Shown piece by piece: positions 40,592-54,882 of a DNA stretch of 64,000 nt. The notes under the pieces were generated by a model that saw only the letters and a program-made list of their open reading frames with translations, had not been told where the DNA came from and searched no databases. A program made the position numbers and the translations under genes. Every line of letters starts with the position of its first letter. The stretch's first letter is position 1. Origin of the DNA: Daphnia carinata (lineage: Eukaryota). The stretch covers positions 3,410,001-3,474,000 of the forward strand of contig NC_081331.1 of NCBI RefSeq assembly GCF_022539665.2, in the 5' to 3' direction.

Positions 40592-43500
40592 TCACGCGAC
40601 GACGGGCTCGGTGTTGAGCTCGCGGACCAGCTCGGCCGTGCTGCTAGCGTCGCTCGTATCCATGCTGCTGTCGGAAGAGGCGGCGGCCGCTTCGCAATCC
40701 AGAGATCCGGCCGCTGTGGCGTGGGCAGCATTGGCTTGAACTCCGCCAGCAAAACCGGCCGGTGTTGATGCCGATGCACCGCACCCAGCACTGCCGGCCA
40801 ACGCATTGACCGAGGAAGATGCGGAAGCGGCTACAGCAGCTCCTCCACCGTTTTTAGATGACCATGTGCCCGTGGTGTAAGGAGCGGCTCTTGCCTCCCT
40901 GCGGGCTCTTCGACGGGCACGACGCTCTTCCATCACCATACGCAGTTGTTCCAGTTTGCCTCGGGTAGCTTGATTTTCTTCAGCAAGGCGACGTGTTTCT
41001 TCTGCATTAAACATTAAAAAAATAAATAAATAAAACCGGTTATTCAAAGTTTTTAATTGAGAGACAAAGACGATGTGGATTCACAGCTCCATTTTCATTC
41101 CTCTTGTCGCATCAATTCATTTTTTTTTTTCTGAAAATGTCACCTCTAAGGAGTAGCAGGGTTGGCAGGCCTGCCTTACCCGGAGTCTTGCGGTGGAGCG
41201 CAGCAGCGGCCGCCATTTGGGCTGCAGCTGCGGCTAACTCGGTGTCATCCTGTTCCATTGAAATTGGAATCTGCTGGCCAGTGGCAGGCACGGCCTGATT
41301 GGCAGCTGTACTAGCCTGAGCGGAAGTTGATGACGTGGTTGCTGCAGAAGCGGCTGCAGCGGCAGCGGCGGCGGCGGCGGCAGCAGCAGCAGCTGCTGCG
41401 GCAGCGTGGGCGTTCAACACGCGACGATATTGGGGAGTGGCGCACAGCAAATCGTTGAGGATGTGGATGATGGTGCTGATATCGCGCTTGGGGCGGCCCT
41501 GGCGGTCTTGTAGAGCCGGATTCAATGTACCTGTTGACAGACAAACATCCAATAAAAGGTGGAAAAAGACGTTACATTTCCATTTGATTACTAATAAAAT
41601 TGAATTCTTCTTATTATTGGTTTACCTGAGAAAGTGCCCGAGTAGACTCCTTTGCCGTGATGATGCATACTTTCAATGATGGCACCTTGGCGACGACGAC
41701 TCCGTCCGCTGCTCTCCTGTGAAATGTAAATAATACGAACGGTCATTTCTCCATTTGTCCAGGTTTTTTTTTTTTCTGTTAAAAAATAATTTACGTTTGT
41801 GCTTCTGGAGGTGAGCACTTCGGACGAGAGCTGTTTGAGAGTCTGTGTCAGGTTGCGCGAAGCTTCGGCCAGCGCCCGCGTATCCAGCACGGGTCGCGTG
41901 TCGCACGTTTCGCATCCGACGCATCCTGCCACGCCACAACCGACAGCGGCGGGTGGAACAGCTGATCCACTACTGCTAGCAGACGGTGGAGGTGATGGCT
42001 TCTCCGATTTGACGATGGGTGGGACAGCCGTCGAAGTGGATGACGGGACCGAAACTGGATTCGATGATGCAGGAGCAGACGCAGCTTTGGCTGCTGCAGC
42101 CAAAAGTGAAGGAGACGGAGCTCTCGATGGAGGAGGAGTGGGTAGCGTCTGACGGAGGGGAGCGTTCAACATGGCCGACAAACCCGTTGACGAAGAAGTG
42201 CTGGGCACTGGAGCAGCAGAACTGGCTGAGGCGTTGCTAGATTCCGCCGACGACGTAGAGGAAGATGTTCGACTACTGGCCGATGAGGTCGAAGGTTGAT
42301 GGTGGCTGACGGCTGGGCGTCTGTGGGCCGATGAGGAGGCTGTAGGCGCCACGGCCGACAGTTGCAGCTGGATCAACATCATGTGATCGCCCAGACGCAT
42401 CGTCAAATTCAACGGCGCTTTACCCGACAGAAAATCGTTCACCTGGAATTTTAAGAGAATTTTTTTTTTGTTATTTCATTTCTGCCATTGATTTGATACA
42501 TTCAACCATTAAAAGAAAACGGAAAATAAATAACAGAAGAACGTAGGCTGTTGAATCGAACATGTAATCGATCCAACATGAGACTAGTCTACCGCGCAAG
42601 TCTTTGACGGCATCTCTTCTCCCAAAATAGTTTTGTTTTTTTATTATTTTGTAAATAAAGAAATTTTCTTTTACGCCATTGGTTATTTGGACACTGTGCG
42701 TTGTGCTATAAACAAAACACACAAAAAAAGTTCCAGCCAACAACAGCGGTGACCTCTAAACAATATTCATTTTTGTTTTGTTAATTAGACCTGGCCAACG
42801 AATCAGCAACAAGAAAGGTGTCCTTTTTCCTGCTAATAAAGATTGCTTTCAAGTGAAGGGTGTCGAATGAATATAGTTACTCATTAGTCACTTTTCGCTA
42901 ACTGATAAAATAAATAAAAAAAAGTGAATGGGGACAATTTAACGGCCGTGAGTAAAGAAAACCTAGAAATTGGGTGGTGTCTAAATTCAATCAACATTTT
43001 CGGTAAGACAGGATCGACAGCTAACGAAGAAAAAAATTATGTATTAGCCCAACCACCTACACGGCGATCACCCCTTTCTCTAGATGTGTGTCAATGGTTT
43101 TCGAAAAGAAATGTATGGCCGATAGAAAGTTCACTTTTCTCTGCCTCTCTCTCTCTTTTTGGCCACTATTTTTTTATCCTTCACCCAGATTCTCAACCGG
43201 CTAAAACGGTCGCCCTCCCCTTTGAACTAAACGTGAAAAACTAACACATTGTTTTGCAAACCTCTCTCTCTCTTTTTCCATTTTCCCACCAATCACCAAA
43301 TATATGTTGTCCATATGACACCATATAACAAGGCGGGAAATTTCTTCCATATGCAATGACGTCATAACAGATAAAACGTATCTACAGGGTGACGCGCGCA
43401 CAATTTCCATGGAATAGAACTCCCCTCTCTTTTTTTTTGGGAGGATTTCTCATTCCGTGAGTAACAACAACAAAAAAAAAGGCCAAAAGAGATTCGAAAT

Positions 43501-46500
43501 TTTGTTACCGATCCATCCTGCAATACTTTGCTACTTTCGACTTTTACTTTAGTCTCCCTCGCACACTCTCTCTTCTTTTCGTTTTGTTATCTGGCCAGCC
43601 TGATAGAGCGTCATCAACAAAGAGCGAGTGTAGGAGGAGTCGTAGCAAATCAATGAAAAAGCTTCCCCCGGTAGGACAGAGGGATCGATCCAGCAGCTAG
43701 CGAGCCGAAGGGGGAAGCTTCTCCATCTGATGGTCTACCCTCCGAACAACACGTATAGATCCAGCCCATCAAAGGGAGAAAGAAAAGAAAAAATAGTTTC
43801 GCATGGAATCTTCTTTCGTCTCCTTCCCCTACACCTGTGTGTAGGTAACGGTTTTCTATAATATCGACGTCGAGGGGAAAATCTCCCAGGATTCACACGC
43901 GGGGTCCAGGGGGGTTGAGACACAAAAGACGGGGGGGCCTGTTCCAGGTCTCTTCCATTTGAAAAAGGTTAGCGGATTTTTTCGTCCACTAGGGAAAGAA
44001 AAATATTTTTTTCCATTGGGCAACGGTTTCATCCAAGAGTTGGAAAGTAGGGGACAGACTCCGTGTGAAACGGGAAGCTTCGTTACATCATGTACAACGA
44101 CGCTTGCTTAAAAAAAAAAAAAAACAACTCCAGCGGATGAGGGAGAGCGTCCCCTTTTTTTTTGTCCTCCCCTCTCTTTAACTTTACTACAGTGGAACGG
44201 AAAACCTTGGAAGAAGAAGAACTGTTGAATAAGATGAAAGACCTTGTAGAGAGTCACTGCCTTCTCTCTCTCTCTTTTTGTTCTTTGGTCGTCGCCACTG
44301 GTGTGTGTAAAAACTCACGAAAGGTTTTCTACAGTTAACGATTTCTCTCTAATTTTTTTTACCTTCATATAATTTTTTTTTTTCTTCAAAAAAGTTACTT
44401 TTCAAGGGGCTCTTATGAGTTTCCCCCTTTTCTTTCGAGCGGGAAAAGCCCAGCGGCGAAGAAACATTCTAGTCATGAAGGGAGAGAGAGAGAGAGAGAC
44501 TCGGTTCACGGCCTTTTTTCTTTCCTCCCCTTCCATCCGCTACCACCAACCACCGCCATCGACCTCTTTGTCTACTGTTACGGTTCGGAAAAGCAGCCAA
44601 ATGGAACATACTATTACCCAAAAACCAAGGTCTTTTTTTTTCTTATTTCTAAGCCCTCTCACCGTCTGCTTAAGGCTCAAGGAATGGAAATTATTCCGTG
44701 AGAAGGGAATAAGCGACGATTTCGATCCAACATCTGTCTGCGCTGTACATCTGACCCTTTCTCTCTATATATTGACCAAACTATTTTTCTTTCTTTTCAA
44801 AGTTGTTCTTCAACAAAAGAGCTACTTATGCCATTGCTGCAACTTTTAAAATATGTATGCAAAGTGACCGCCCCTGACCCTAAAAGTCACGAAACAAAAC
44901 AGGGACACCAATCTGCATTGCTTTGTCCTGTGTGTGCGCGCATTTGGAAAGAAATTAAGAAGGTGGATAGTCGACGACGCGATAGACAAAGAAACAGCTT
45001 TTTTGGAACAAGCTTTCTTGATCCCGGCCTTGGCCATGGCGCAAGCCTGGAGGCAAACCCCCTCCACCGAAAGAAAAAAAAAACACACACGAAAAAAAAG
45101 GAGACCAAGTGCAGAGTTCGTTACTGTGTGTTATAGCTATACTTCTCCGGATGGAAACAGACACCCTCTCCATCATGGAAGGGGAGAGAGAGAGAGAGAG
45201 ATGGAAGAAAAAAAAAAAGGCCGAGCGCATTGGCTGCCGACCAAAACATTACACCAGACACTTGCGACACGGTCACGCCAGCGCAGAGAGATCCCGGAGC
45301 AGTTGTGTGTCTCTGAAGCGAAAGAGAGGGGGGAGAAGGAAAAAGAATCGTCCCCGATCCATATCAAAAGAGTCTCCCTTCTTCCTCAGAAAGTAGCGCG
45401 CTAGCAAAAGGTCCGGCTGGAAATGAGAGACCCTGGAGGGGTTCACTGACTTCTTCTTCCATGGCCGATTCCAATGCCACACCATCAGAAATGAAGAAAA
45501 AAAAATACCATCCACCAAGGACAGAACCTACACATATTCTAACAAAGCCACGCCCCTCTTCTCCCATTTTCGTGTAAACTTGAACGATAAAAATGCGTTG
45601 TATTTTTTTTTTCCTTCTCAGCTTTGTAGGAGGAAATGGAAGAAAAACCAGTTCTCTATCTTCACACAAGGAGAAAGCCTTTTCTTATTTGTTGTGTGTT
45701 TCTCTCTTAGAATCTGTTTCTTATATAGTCGGCGTTGCTGGCGGAGCTTTCTTTTCCCGTCAATTGAAATTCTACTCTTAAAACGAGGAGATAAACAGAG
45801 TTTTTGTTATTGTCCGCAAAAATAAGTTTCAACCAGCCCTTAGCTTCCCCCTTTTTAAAATATAGAGGGGGCACAAAAACACTTGGACCAATTTGCCAAT
45901 ATTTTGGCAATAACAGATAAGGGGAAAAGCCATTTAGGAGGGACGGCCTTGAATATTTTTCTTTTTTTCCCCAACATGACCTCAATCTCTTTCCCGTCAG
46001 AAACAACAACAACGAAGAAGAAGCAAAAAAAAAAAAAAACAAGACGAAGAGGGAACATAACCGTTACGAGATGACAAGAGAACCGTTGCGGGGGGGGGGG
46101 GGGGGGGGGGGTTTCGAAAACGGATGCGTACAGTTTTTTTTTTCTTTCTCTCGGCGATAGAATCTTTCAAGACGACACACGCTATATTTATAAAAAATGT
46201 TTTTATTTACCTGGCTGTCGTTAAGGCTTTCCAGTGCTTGCATCACGCTCTGCTCCGGACGTTGAGTCTGTAAAAAACAAAAAATAAAATAAATTAACGT
46301 GAATAACAAATCGAAATTCTTATAGTAATGTGATTGCTCTCATCCACCCCATATACACATAGGTATATAATCACAGACCATAGAGACCTGTTTTCCCACA
46401 CGGTCCAACGACCTCTGCCTAAGCTTTTTTAGTTCCCGACCCCTTTTTTTTTTTGTTCAAAGCAAAATAAAGCAGTGGGTAAGTGAGAGGGGAGAACGTC

Positions 46501-49500
46501 AATAATACCTGGGCGTCGCCACCCCTTAACACGGAAGAACTCCTTTTTGTGTGTCCTGAAAAATTCCGTCACATTGTCAGGAGTTTTCTTTTCTCTCTGG
46601 TGCACTAAAGGGAGATCTAAACGTATTATGTCGAAAAGCAATATCGACTGTGCACCCCTCTCTTACCGGGTCCGCTAGTTATCGATCTCTTCCACATCCC
46701 CCAACAAATCATTCCCACGGCAACCGATGCCATAAGGATTTTTTGCCCTCTTGTTTCATAAGGCAGCAGCATCCAGCAAGTTTTTTTTAACTAGTCGCCA
46801 CCCCAAAAACAAACGGGGCATTACGTTATCCGATTTTGAAGCGTAAGAAAAACAGGCTGAAAGGTCACAAGGCCCCGTCACTAAAGAAGACTGGGGCTTG
46901 TTACGCACTTGGTCGTATCAATCGATTCATTTCTTAAGCTTCTTCTTTTTTTTTTCTTCTACAAGGGAAAACCAAAAAATGTCCTCGATTTCTTTTTTTG
47001 AGAACAACGGGATATGTTTATACCGAATACACACCAGTGTAGGCAGCCAACGGTAGAACGGCCCTCTTGGCCCAGACATACAAAAGAATGGAAGAGACCC
47101 CAAAAACGGAATTACAAAAACTCGACTCCCCTACTCTCTCGCTCTCCCTACTTATTATTATATCCCTATCTCCTAGACATTGTTCGACACAAGCTCCTCC
47201 TCTTGAACTCAACCAGCCCAAGCCACTGAAAGCGGTCACGCGGTTTTTTTTTCTTCTAAGGGGGTTTTGTTGCTTTCTTATCTTCTTCTGCCCGACATGC
47301 AAAATGATTTCCGACTTTATTCTTTTTTACCCTTCCTTTCGTCAGACAGAAAAAAAAATGCCCAAACAAAATGGCAGAAGAACCGGAAATATTCCGTATG
47401 GGGAATAGTATGTCGAGTTCAGATGCCTAGAGGCAATCGAATAAAAAGGAGAGAAACGAGTACAAGAAGAAGCTCCAGGAAAATAAAAGCAAGAAGCGCG
47501 TGACGCGTTCCGTTGAAAAGATAAACAAAAGAAGAAAAACTTCCGCGTCGGTGACGTCGCCCGACTCTGTTTTGTTGATGACGTGGCCCAGTCAGTACCG
47601 CTTGGGTACGGTTCTTACACACAAGAGGATTTTTACAGGCACAGTTTTTTTTTTATTTAATGCAAGAAAGAAATAATTTAGGGCAACAAAGAAACAACAG
47701 TTGGTCAGGTTTCTTTTCGATTCTTGTCCCGTATTTTTTCGTACGGAGATTTTGGAATCCGCTACATACCCCTACAACGGCATGCCAATCTAACATTCCG
47801 TGTTACACCTTTTTTTTATTTTATTCACTGGGTCATCCAAAATAAATCTCTCGCCTTAAGGACACACAAAGACGAATCTAAGCTCCTCCCACCCTACAAC
47901 TACAAAGAGAAGGTAAATAAGAAAATAAAATAGGTCGACTGGAGAGGAAAAATACGTTGGCCCGTTTCTCCCTTCTCTACACTCAACAACCATTTTAACG
48001 GTAAGGTCTTGGATGAAAAGAGAGGGGGGGACGGACTTTTCCACAAGATTTGTTGGCCTCACACACAAGCCGTGGTCTCGTTTTGGCTTCGCCTGGTCTT
48101 CCAAATCGATCACACACTGGCTACTACCCACGTCTTACCACTAACCCTCAAAAGGAAGGCTATCTTTACCTCCATCTCTGCATTTAGAAAGACGGGAAGT
48201 GTGAGCGCATATAAAAATATTCTGTGGCCTGGCCCCGTGTGCTTGTGTATGCTGCACACACACACACACGCTGTATACCTTGAGTGTGTAACAAAGGGAA
48301 CCTTGGACACGTCACAAATATCTCCGAGAAAAATACACGTATCCAAAGAAGTCCCAACAGCACCAAGAAGGGACTTCTTGACCTTCAATTACCCAACTGG
48401 TGGTGAGCAGATGGTCTGACAGAGAGGCTATTCAAATGAAGCCCTGGGCGGTTCCTTGTTTCTCCCTTTTGACCTGATATTTTCGTGCCTTCCAAAAGAT
48501 GTCGTAGTCTCCGAAAGATATTTTTCAACGCTTTAATGTCGGTTCCACTTTTTCTTTATTTTTTTTTTATAGTCGACCAGGAGCTTTCTAGACAAACTTT
48601 TTTGGAAGACGACATCCAAGGCCGACAATGTCGCGCACCTTTAAAAAAAACTTTTTCGACACCTTGGAAAACTGCGTCTCCCTCTCAAAAAACTCCAAAA
48701 ATAACACGAAAAAAAAATTGAGAAACAAACTTACCAACAGACCGGTTTCCACGCTTGGTAAGAGCGTCAATCGACTTCCGTCACAAACTCCGTGCTCTCG
48801 CAGCGTCCCGTCTCGTAGATGTCTAAATTCATATAAAAGAGAAAAAAAAACTTGTTATCAAAACAATTTCATAGCCAAATCGCTCCAATCATTCAATAAG
48901 AGGTGCGGTTGAAAACCTTGAAATAATACTTGAAAAGTAGAGCTTTATCTAACCAGTAGGTTTCATAAAGATAAATGGCATGTCTGCTATGCAGCAATTT
49001 ATCGAAATGTCCTTCACTATACAGGCGATAGATACAGTCAAGAAAACGTATTGGGAGTAGTGCGGTTAAATTTTGTTGTGGGTGGCCTTGGTTGGCCAAG
49101 GTAAAACTCAACAGTGTACACGTGCATGATTATAGCGACTGCATATCTGCCACTTATTCGTCTACCTTGATGGGATAAACACTCCCTTGTCATTTTAACG
49201 ATTTTTGTATAAAAAAAAAAGACAATCACAATCAATGGAAATGATTTTTGCCATTCAATTATCCACCTAAGTTACGTGGCAAAAACTAGCAAAGACAACC
49301 ATAGCTTTTTGTGGCAAACCGGAAGTTCCTGGGAAATTACGTCATCGCCTGTTTTTTTTTCATGTGTAAAGATGGGTCAAATATGGTGGAAAAATATGAC
49401 CTCGAGAAATTCGTAAACTCCCCCTTCCCACGAGAATTTTGTGTCTATGATTCCACAAAGGTGGAATCTACCCTCCTCGATCAGGGCAGATGCTCTCAAC

Positions 49501-50213
49501 CTCTATTTCCGGACAAATAATTTCTTCACGCTATACAGCAGAAAGCTCAACGACGATAAGCCAACCTAATAAAACAAATTTTCCTGCGCGCAATGCCAAG
49601 GAAATCAAACAAAACAACCACCTGATCCTACAGGACGCAACTGTCTAAAAAGATTCGCATCAAATAGGAACGGAAATTTCAACAAACTAAATTCACGATA
49701 TCAAGCTTCTTCCTACATCTTTGAACCAAAAAAAATTGTGGTCTAGGCGCCATTTTGATTGTGGGCAACGTCCACAATTGACCTTGAGTCACTTCAAGGT
49801 GACGATTATTATCTATATGTTTACCTATCTTTCCAGAGGAGACATATCCGTTCTTTGGGCACTTTGAGACGCTTGGAGATGGTCTTTTTCAAATTGTCGA
49901 TCGTCTCGAGCTTGCTGACTTTGAGCTCAAATTGGCCGCCAGTGGTGGGCGCCACAGTGAGCGAAATGACGGGAAGGGGCGGTAATTCGGAAGAGGAGGA
50001 GGACGAAGTTCCCGGAACAGCAGACGAACGATGGCCGCATAAGCAAGTTGGGCCGGCACCTGCACTGACCGCCGCATCGGTATTATCCACGACCTGATGA
50101 GGACGGCCGTGACTGTTGCTTGAAGTAGAGCTGTTGTTGCCTTCAGTCGTTGCACTAGTCTTGCCGCTATGACCACCCTTCGTATCGTTGTTGGCTTCGT
50201 CTCCCGACTCCAT
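40592..50213 (-). CDS. MIDN: Midnolin (Drosophila stuxnet orthologue), 677 aa; exons 50213-49825, 48822-48735, 46267-46211, 42442-41795, 41716-41626, 41530-41180, 41001-40592
   Basis: Ubl [15 protein letters not shown]...[44 protein letters not shown]. Catch1 [46 protein letters not shown]. Catch2 [29 protein letters not shown]...[13 protein letters not shown]-helix [27 protein letters not shown]. Exon phases sum in frame (2034 nt). Confidence 0.93.
41341..41406 (-). repeat. GCN trinucleotide repeat encoding a polyalanine tract in midnolin
   Basis: Mixed GCT/GCC/GCA codons give [23 protein letters not shown]. Confidence 0.9.
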
Positions 50214-50649
50214 TTTATTTTTCGTCTTCGTCTTTCGTTTGGTGATGGCTTCCCCTTCCTTTTATTTTGCTTCACCAGCTTTTTCTTCTCTCTCTTTTCT
50301 CTCTCTCTCTATACTTGGGAAAGACGGGCGTTGTTGGACGACCCCAAGAGCACAAAAATGGCGGTGGAATAGTGTGTGGGGGCTGGCTTCCTTTTCCTTG
50401 GGGTAGGGAGATAAGGGCGCAAACTCAACGGGCACGCACACACACACATACACTGCACGGTATCTCTCAAAAAATCGAATCGAAAGACCCAATTCCCTTG
50501 AAGGCGATCGTTTTTCTAAAGAAACTCAGAGCAAGAAGGAATAAACCGAAAAAGTGGGTGGATAAATTAAAACCACGCTATCAAAAACCGAACAAAAAAT
50601 AGAAAATCGACAAGAACCGCTACTGCCGACTGCTCCACTCGACGGCTTA

Positions 50650-51761
50650 AAGCCAACTGAAGTACCAAGGAACCGAGGGTCTAAAATCTGCTGCAGGGGG
50701 GCGCTAGTTGTCTCATCGCCGTTCGGCTTTAGTGGGTGGAAGCGGGTGGTTGGTTGACTGTAGCGCCGCTACGAGCCCTAACGGCCAAAAAAGTTTTTCT
50801 TTTTTCTCGTTTGTTACTTATCTTTTGAATAGGTTTATTTACCAAGTTATTACGGATGTGAGTGACGTCACACAATGCACTTTATTGTCAAATCTTTCGT
50901 GAAATTTCAGTTTCACATTTTATTTTTCCTAAGCTAACTAGACTGAGCCGGACGTTGGGCCGAACCAGATAACCTTGAGAAGCCATTTTTCCTCCTCTCT
51001 CTCTCTCTTCCCCCCCCGTCCACGTTGAATAAGATACAAAAAGAAAAGCGGGAGGTCAATCAACCATTCGGATGCGCGCCACCTGTACGCGACCTTGTCT
51101 CTCGTTTATTGTCATCATCATATTTACAGATTTGAATTTTTTTTTCGTTTTTTCACCTTAATATGCTTTGTACTTACGTATCGCTCTTCTGAACGATTGG
51201 TCGTCATGACTACACGGTGCTTTGACACGAGTTGCCGTGGAAAACAGGACGACATTCTAGGCCGAAAACAAAAATTGTGCTCTATAGCCAACAGCTCCTT
51301 GCGTCGCCATTTTTTTTTTCTGGTTGTGGTGTCGAATCGAATCCCGTACGTACGTGTGTACAGGTTGAACGGTTAATATTTCGAAGACATAGGGAGAAAA
51401 GAAATGAGAAAAAGAAATCGACAATCGATATTCCGCTTTATGGCCTAAATGGTGTGTAAGAGAAGAGGGAGAAATGAAAAAAGAAGTGTGTCTAAATCTT
51501 CGGCTCTTTTGTCCCCGCGTATGGCCGTTAAATAGAAACCTGTTTTAGTACTAGTAGAGTGTACACACGTTTCAGAAACGGACAAAAATACACCATAAAC
51601 GCGGCGGCATTTTGACCTTCAAACCGAACAAGCGTGTCGGAACCTCAGAAAGTCACCAACTTTAGAAGTGAAAAAAAGAAAACTATCGCAATCAATTGAC
51701 GACATACGTTCGTAGCAAACAACTTTTCGGCCTTATGAAAATGTCGAAGTCTATGACGTCA
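50650..51761 (-). promoter_or_regulatory. Midnolin promoter region with initiator and CRE sites
   Basis: TCAGTT on the minus strand at about 50654-50659. TGACGTCA at 50863-50870 and 51754-51761. Confidence 0.55.
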
Positions 51762-53549
51762 TACAGGCATTAATCTTGAAATAGTTTCGTGATAAATCAT
51801 CATCGTACATATGGAAATGTTGAAATCTTTTACAAAAAAGAACCACGTCAAATTTGTGTTTGTTCTTTTTGCTGCGTCGACCAGTCGAGATTGTAGCCGT
51901 TGGCACTGAAGGTGAGAAACGGAGAGGGCAATGGACAGCAGAGGGTTACCATACCAACTATCTTTACTTCAGGTGGGGGATAGATATATACTACCTCTAA
52001 CAAAGAGAACCCCGGAGGAGGTGGGCGGTGTTTTCATTATATCCACCCCGAAAATGTCCGACCTTGACGCTCGACGTCTACACCGAGGACACACAGCAGC
52101 CCAAGACCAACTGCATAGCTCTTTCTACAGACAAAAGAGAAAACTTATGGGGGGTGGCGTTGGGGTTATCCGAGTACACTAGACTTTGGAAGAGGAAAAA
52201 AAAAGGACGTGAAAGAATATTCCCTTCTTTTTAAACCTGTTTTTTTTTTCTCTCCATAAATCGAAGAGGGTTGCAACAGTTTTTTGGGCTACGGCATTGC
52301 TGCTTTTTCGAGCATCCTCTCGACATTCTTTTCCAGTCCTGTGATTCTGTACAGACACAATAAGAAGTAGAATGAAAAGTAGAGATATGTATCGTCAGGA
52401 AACAAAAAAAAAAAAAAATGGGGAAGAAAATCAACGACAATCTTAACCCCTTTTCTCCAACGAGAAACATATCAAGTCCTTGGTCTTGAAAGAACAATAA
52501 AAGATAATCACAAAAGGCATTTGGAAAGTTGGACGTATTCGACTCTCTTTTAGACGGCCGTATCGCGTTGTGTGTGTGTATCATTGAAGATCGTTGAGGA
52601 CATCGGTAGTCGGGCCGAACTGAGGCCGTAGGGAAAAGAAGCTGATGTGGCACAAGGCCATTGGCGATCGGATGTGGTCGATGCGTGACGCGTCCCGACC
52701 GGAATGAGTAGGCTGGAAATTTCATGGTTCTCTTTTCATATAGTTAAAGCTTAAAATCTCCATCTACTCTGAACCCATCTAGGGAGAAAAAAAAGAGTGG
52801 ACGAAGTCTAATATCAAAAGTGGGGAAACTGGTCCGCCTGGTCACGAACCTCCCGGTCCATCATGATCACTCAATACGCATACCATGGATTTTCCTTGGT
52901 CGTCGTCCTCACCTTCGTTGTATTCTCACACCAGACATCCGTCTCTCTTTTGTGTGTACTCACCACCGTCATCGGAAACGGGAAGGGCGGTATTCATTTA
53001 CTCCCGGCCATTTTATCGTATGGGGGGCGTGTGCGTATGCTTGCATCACAGCATCGACATTGCCTTTTCTGATGGAAATCAAAAGAATTTCTTTTCTTAA
53101 ACGACTTCAATAAAATTCTAATATGGTTGTGGATGGTTTTGTTTTTTTCGTTAATTTTTTTGGGGAGGGGGGAGTTCAAAGAGTACAAAATAACAAGGAG
53201 CCAAAAAGCGAACGTTATGCATCATGCATGAAGGAACTATATAACAAAGTGCTCCCACCCACTTAAAGAGTGACGTGATTTTGTTTTTTTATCTTTGAAA
53301 TCAAGAAAGTCCTAAAATAAATGTTTGTTGAAAACATAATTACGAAAAATATAGAAAAAAAAGTAAACAAAATAAACAGGGCCACCACCTAATAAACTCA
53401 TATCGAGTTTTGTTTCTTCATCTCCAAAAAGTACATCCTAGATTGGTCTATAAACTGTAATGTTAACCCCTTAATATTTTGCATGACAGGTTGGTTCAAC
53501 TTGGCGGCAGACAATGGATGTTGTCATGAAGAGTCTACCAACAACAAGT

Positions 53550-54545
53550 TTAGGAACCAAATTCGATAGTGTCCAAATCGATTGGTTTGAATTCATAGTT
53601 TCCTCGTCCGTCCATATGCAGGTAAAACTATTGAGCAGCCAAACAGAAAAGGTTAACCAGATCAATTAAACGTGAGTCAACCCTCAATGCGGGAACACAA
53701 TCGGTTACCTCGTGATGTTGCCATAGCGACCGTCGATGGGAGACGGTAAATAACGTGATTCCCACTTGACGACAGTATTGATACATTGAACCTTCCACGT
53801 CTACGCTGACGGCAGAAGTGCACTCGTCCAGGATGGCAAACTGAGGCTTGTGATAAAACAGGCGGGCCATCTGATATTGGAAAAGGAAAAATATAAAAAC
53901 TTGTTGTCCTGGATACCAAGTATTTTGTTTTGTTTTGTTTCAAAGGCGAATACGAAAAAAAAAATACTTACGGCAATCCTTTGCTTCTCGCCACCACTGA
54001 GCACGTCCATCCAATCGGCCACAGCATCCCAGCGACCGTCCCTCTCTTGGATGTAAGTCAATTTGACGAGGTCGAGATACGTGAGCAAGTCGTCGTCGTG
54101 AATTCCTTTGCGCACCATGTCTTCGTAGGTATCCGGATAGATGACTTGATCACGCAACGAACCCAATGTCATGTACGGGCGTTGAGGAATGTAGAAGAGT
54201 TTGCCTGGGCCCGGTTTGGTTAAAGTACCACCAAAAACTGGCCACAGCTTTAAAAAATAAGATAGAATTATTGGTAGTAATCATTTTTCAGTAATGATTT
54301 CCTACCTCTCCCAGAACTCGGAACAGCGACGATTTGCCGCAACCATTTGGCCCGCATACAAGCACGTTCATTCCAGAATGGACTTCGAACGACATGTCTT
54401 CAATCAGCACGTCGCCGTTGGGCGTTACCAAGGGTACGTGTTCGAAATGGATAATGTTGTCCTTGTTGATGATCCGACCAGCTCCGGGAATCAAGGGCGC
54501 TCGAGTCAAGGCTTTGCCTTCCCCTACACGTCAACAGAATTCCCG

Positions 54546-54597
<52 letters not shown>

Positions 54598-54846
54598 GAA
54601 AGTTTTTTAAAATTAATATTTAAAAATTTTCAAACGTATGCTATTAGTTCTAAAATTCTAACCGTTTTCATTGGAAACCATGGTCCGCTGGTATCGACCG
54701 TTATTCAAATCTTGTAAAACAGTAATCAGTTCAGTCACACGTAGAGTGAATCCAGCCAGCCGTGTCAATTCCCGACCGGCCAATACTAAACGGCCGATAG
54801 CTTCAGCTAACTTGACTAACATGCGACCACTTTTGTAATATTGCTA

Positions 54847-54882
<36 letters not shown>

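Noticed and set aside
41085..41130. Possible extra midnolin mini-exon after a TTTTCAG acceptor
   Set aside because: Introduces a stop in the required frame; skipping it gives a clean ORF.
42471..53200. Many 60-160 aa ORFs in midnolin introns and upstream region
   Set aside because: Low-complexity F/K/R-rich translations of A/T and GA tracts, with no domain signal.
54546..54878. Very long A runs in ABCD3 introns (also the G run at about 46090-46112)
   Set aside because: Intronic homopolymers with unreliable length; no TSD or retro-insertion body.
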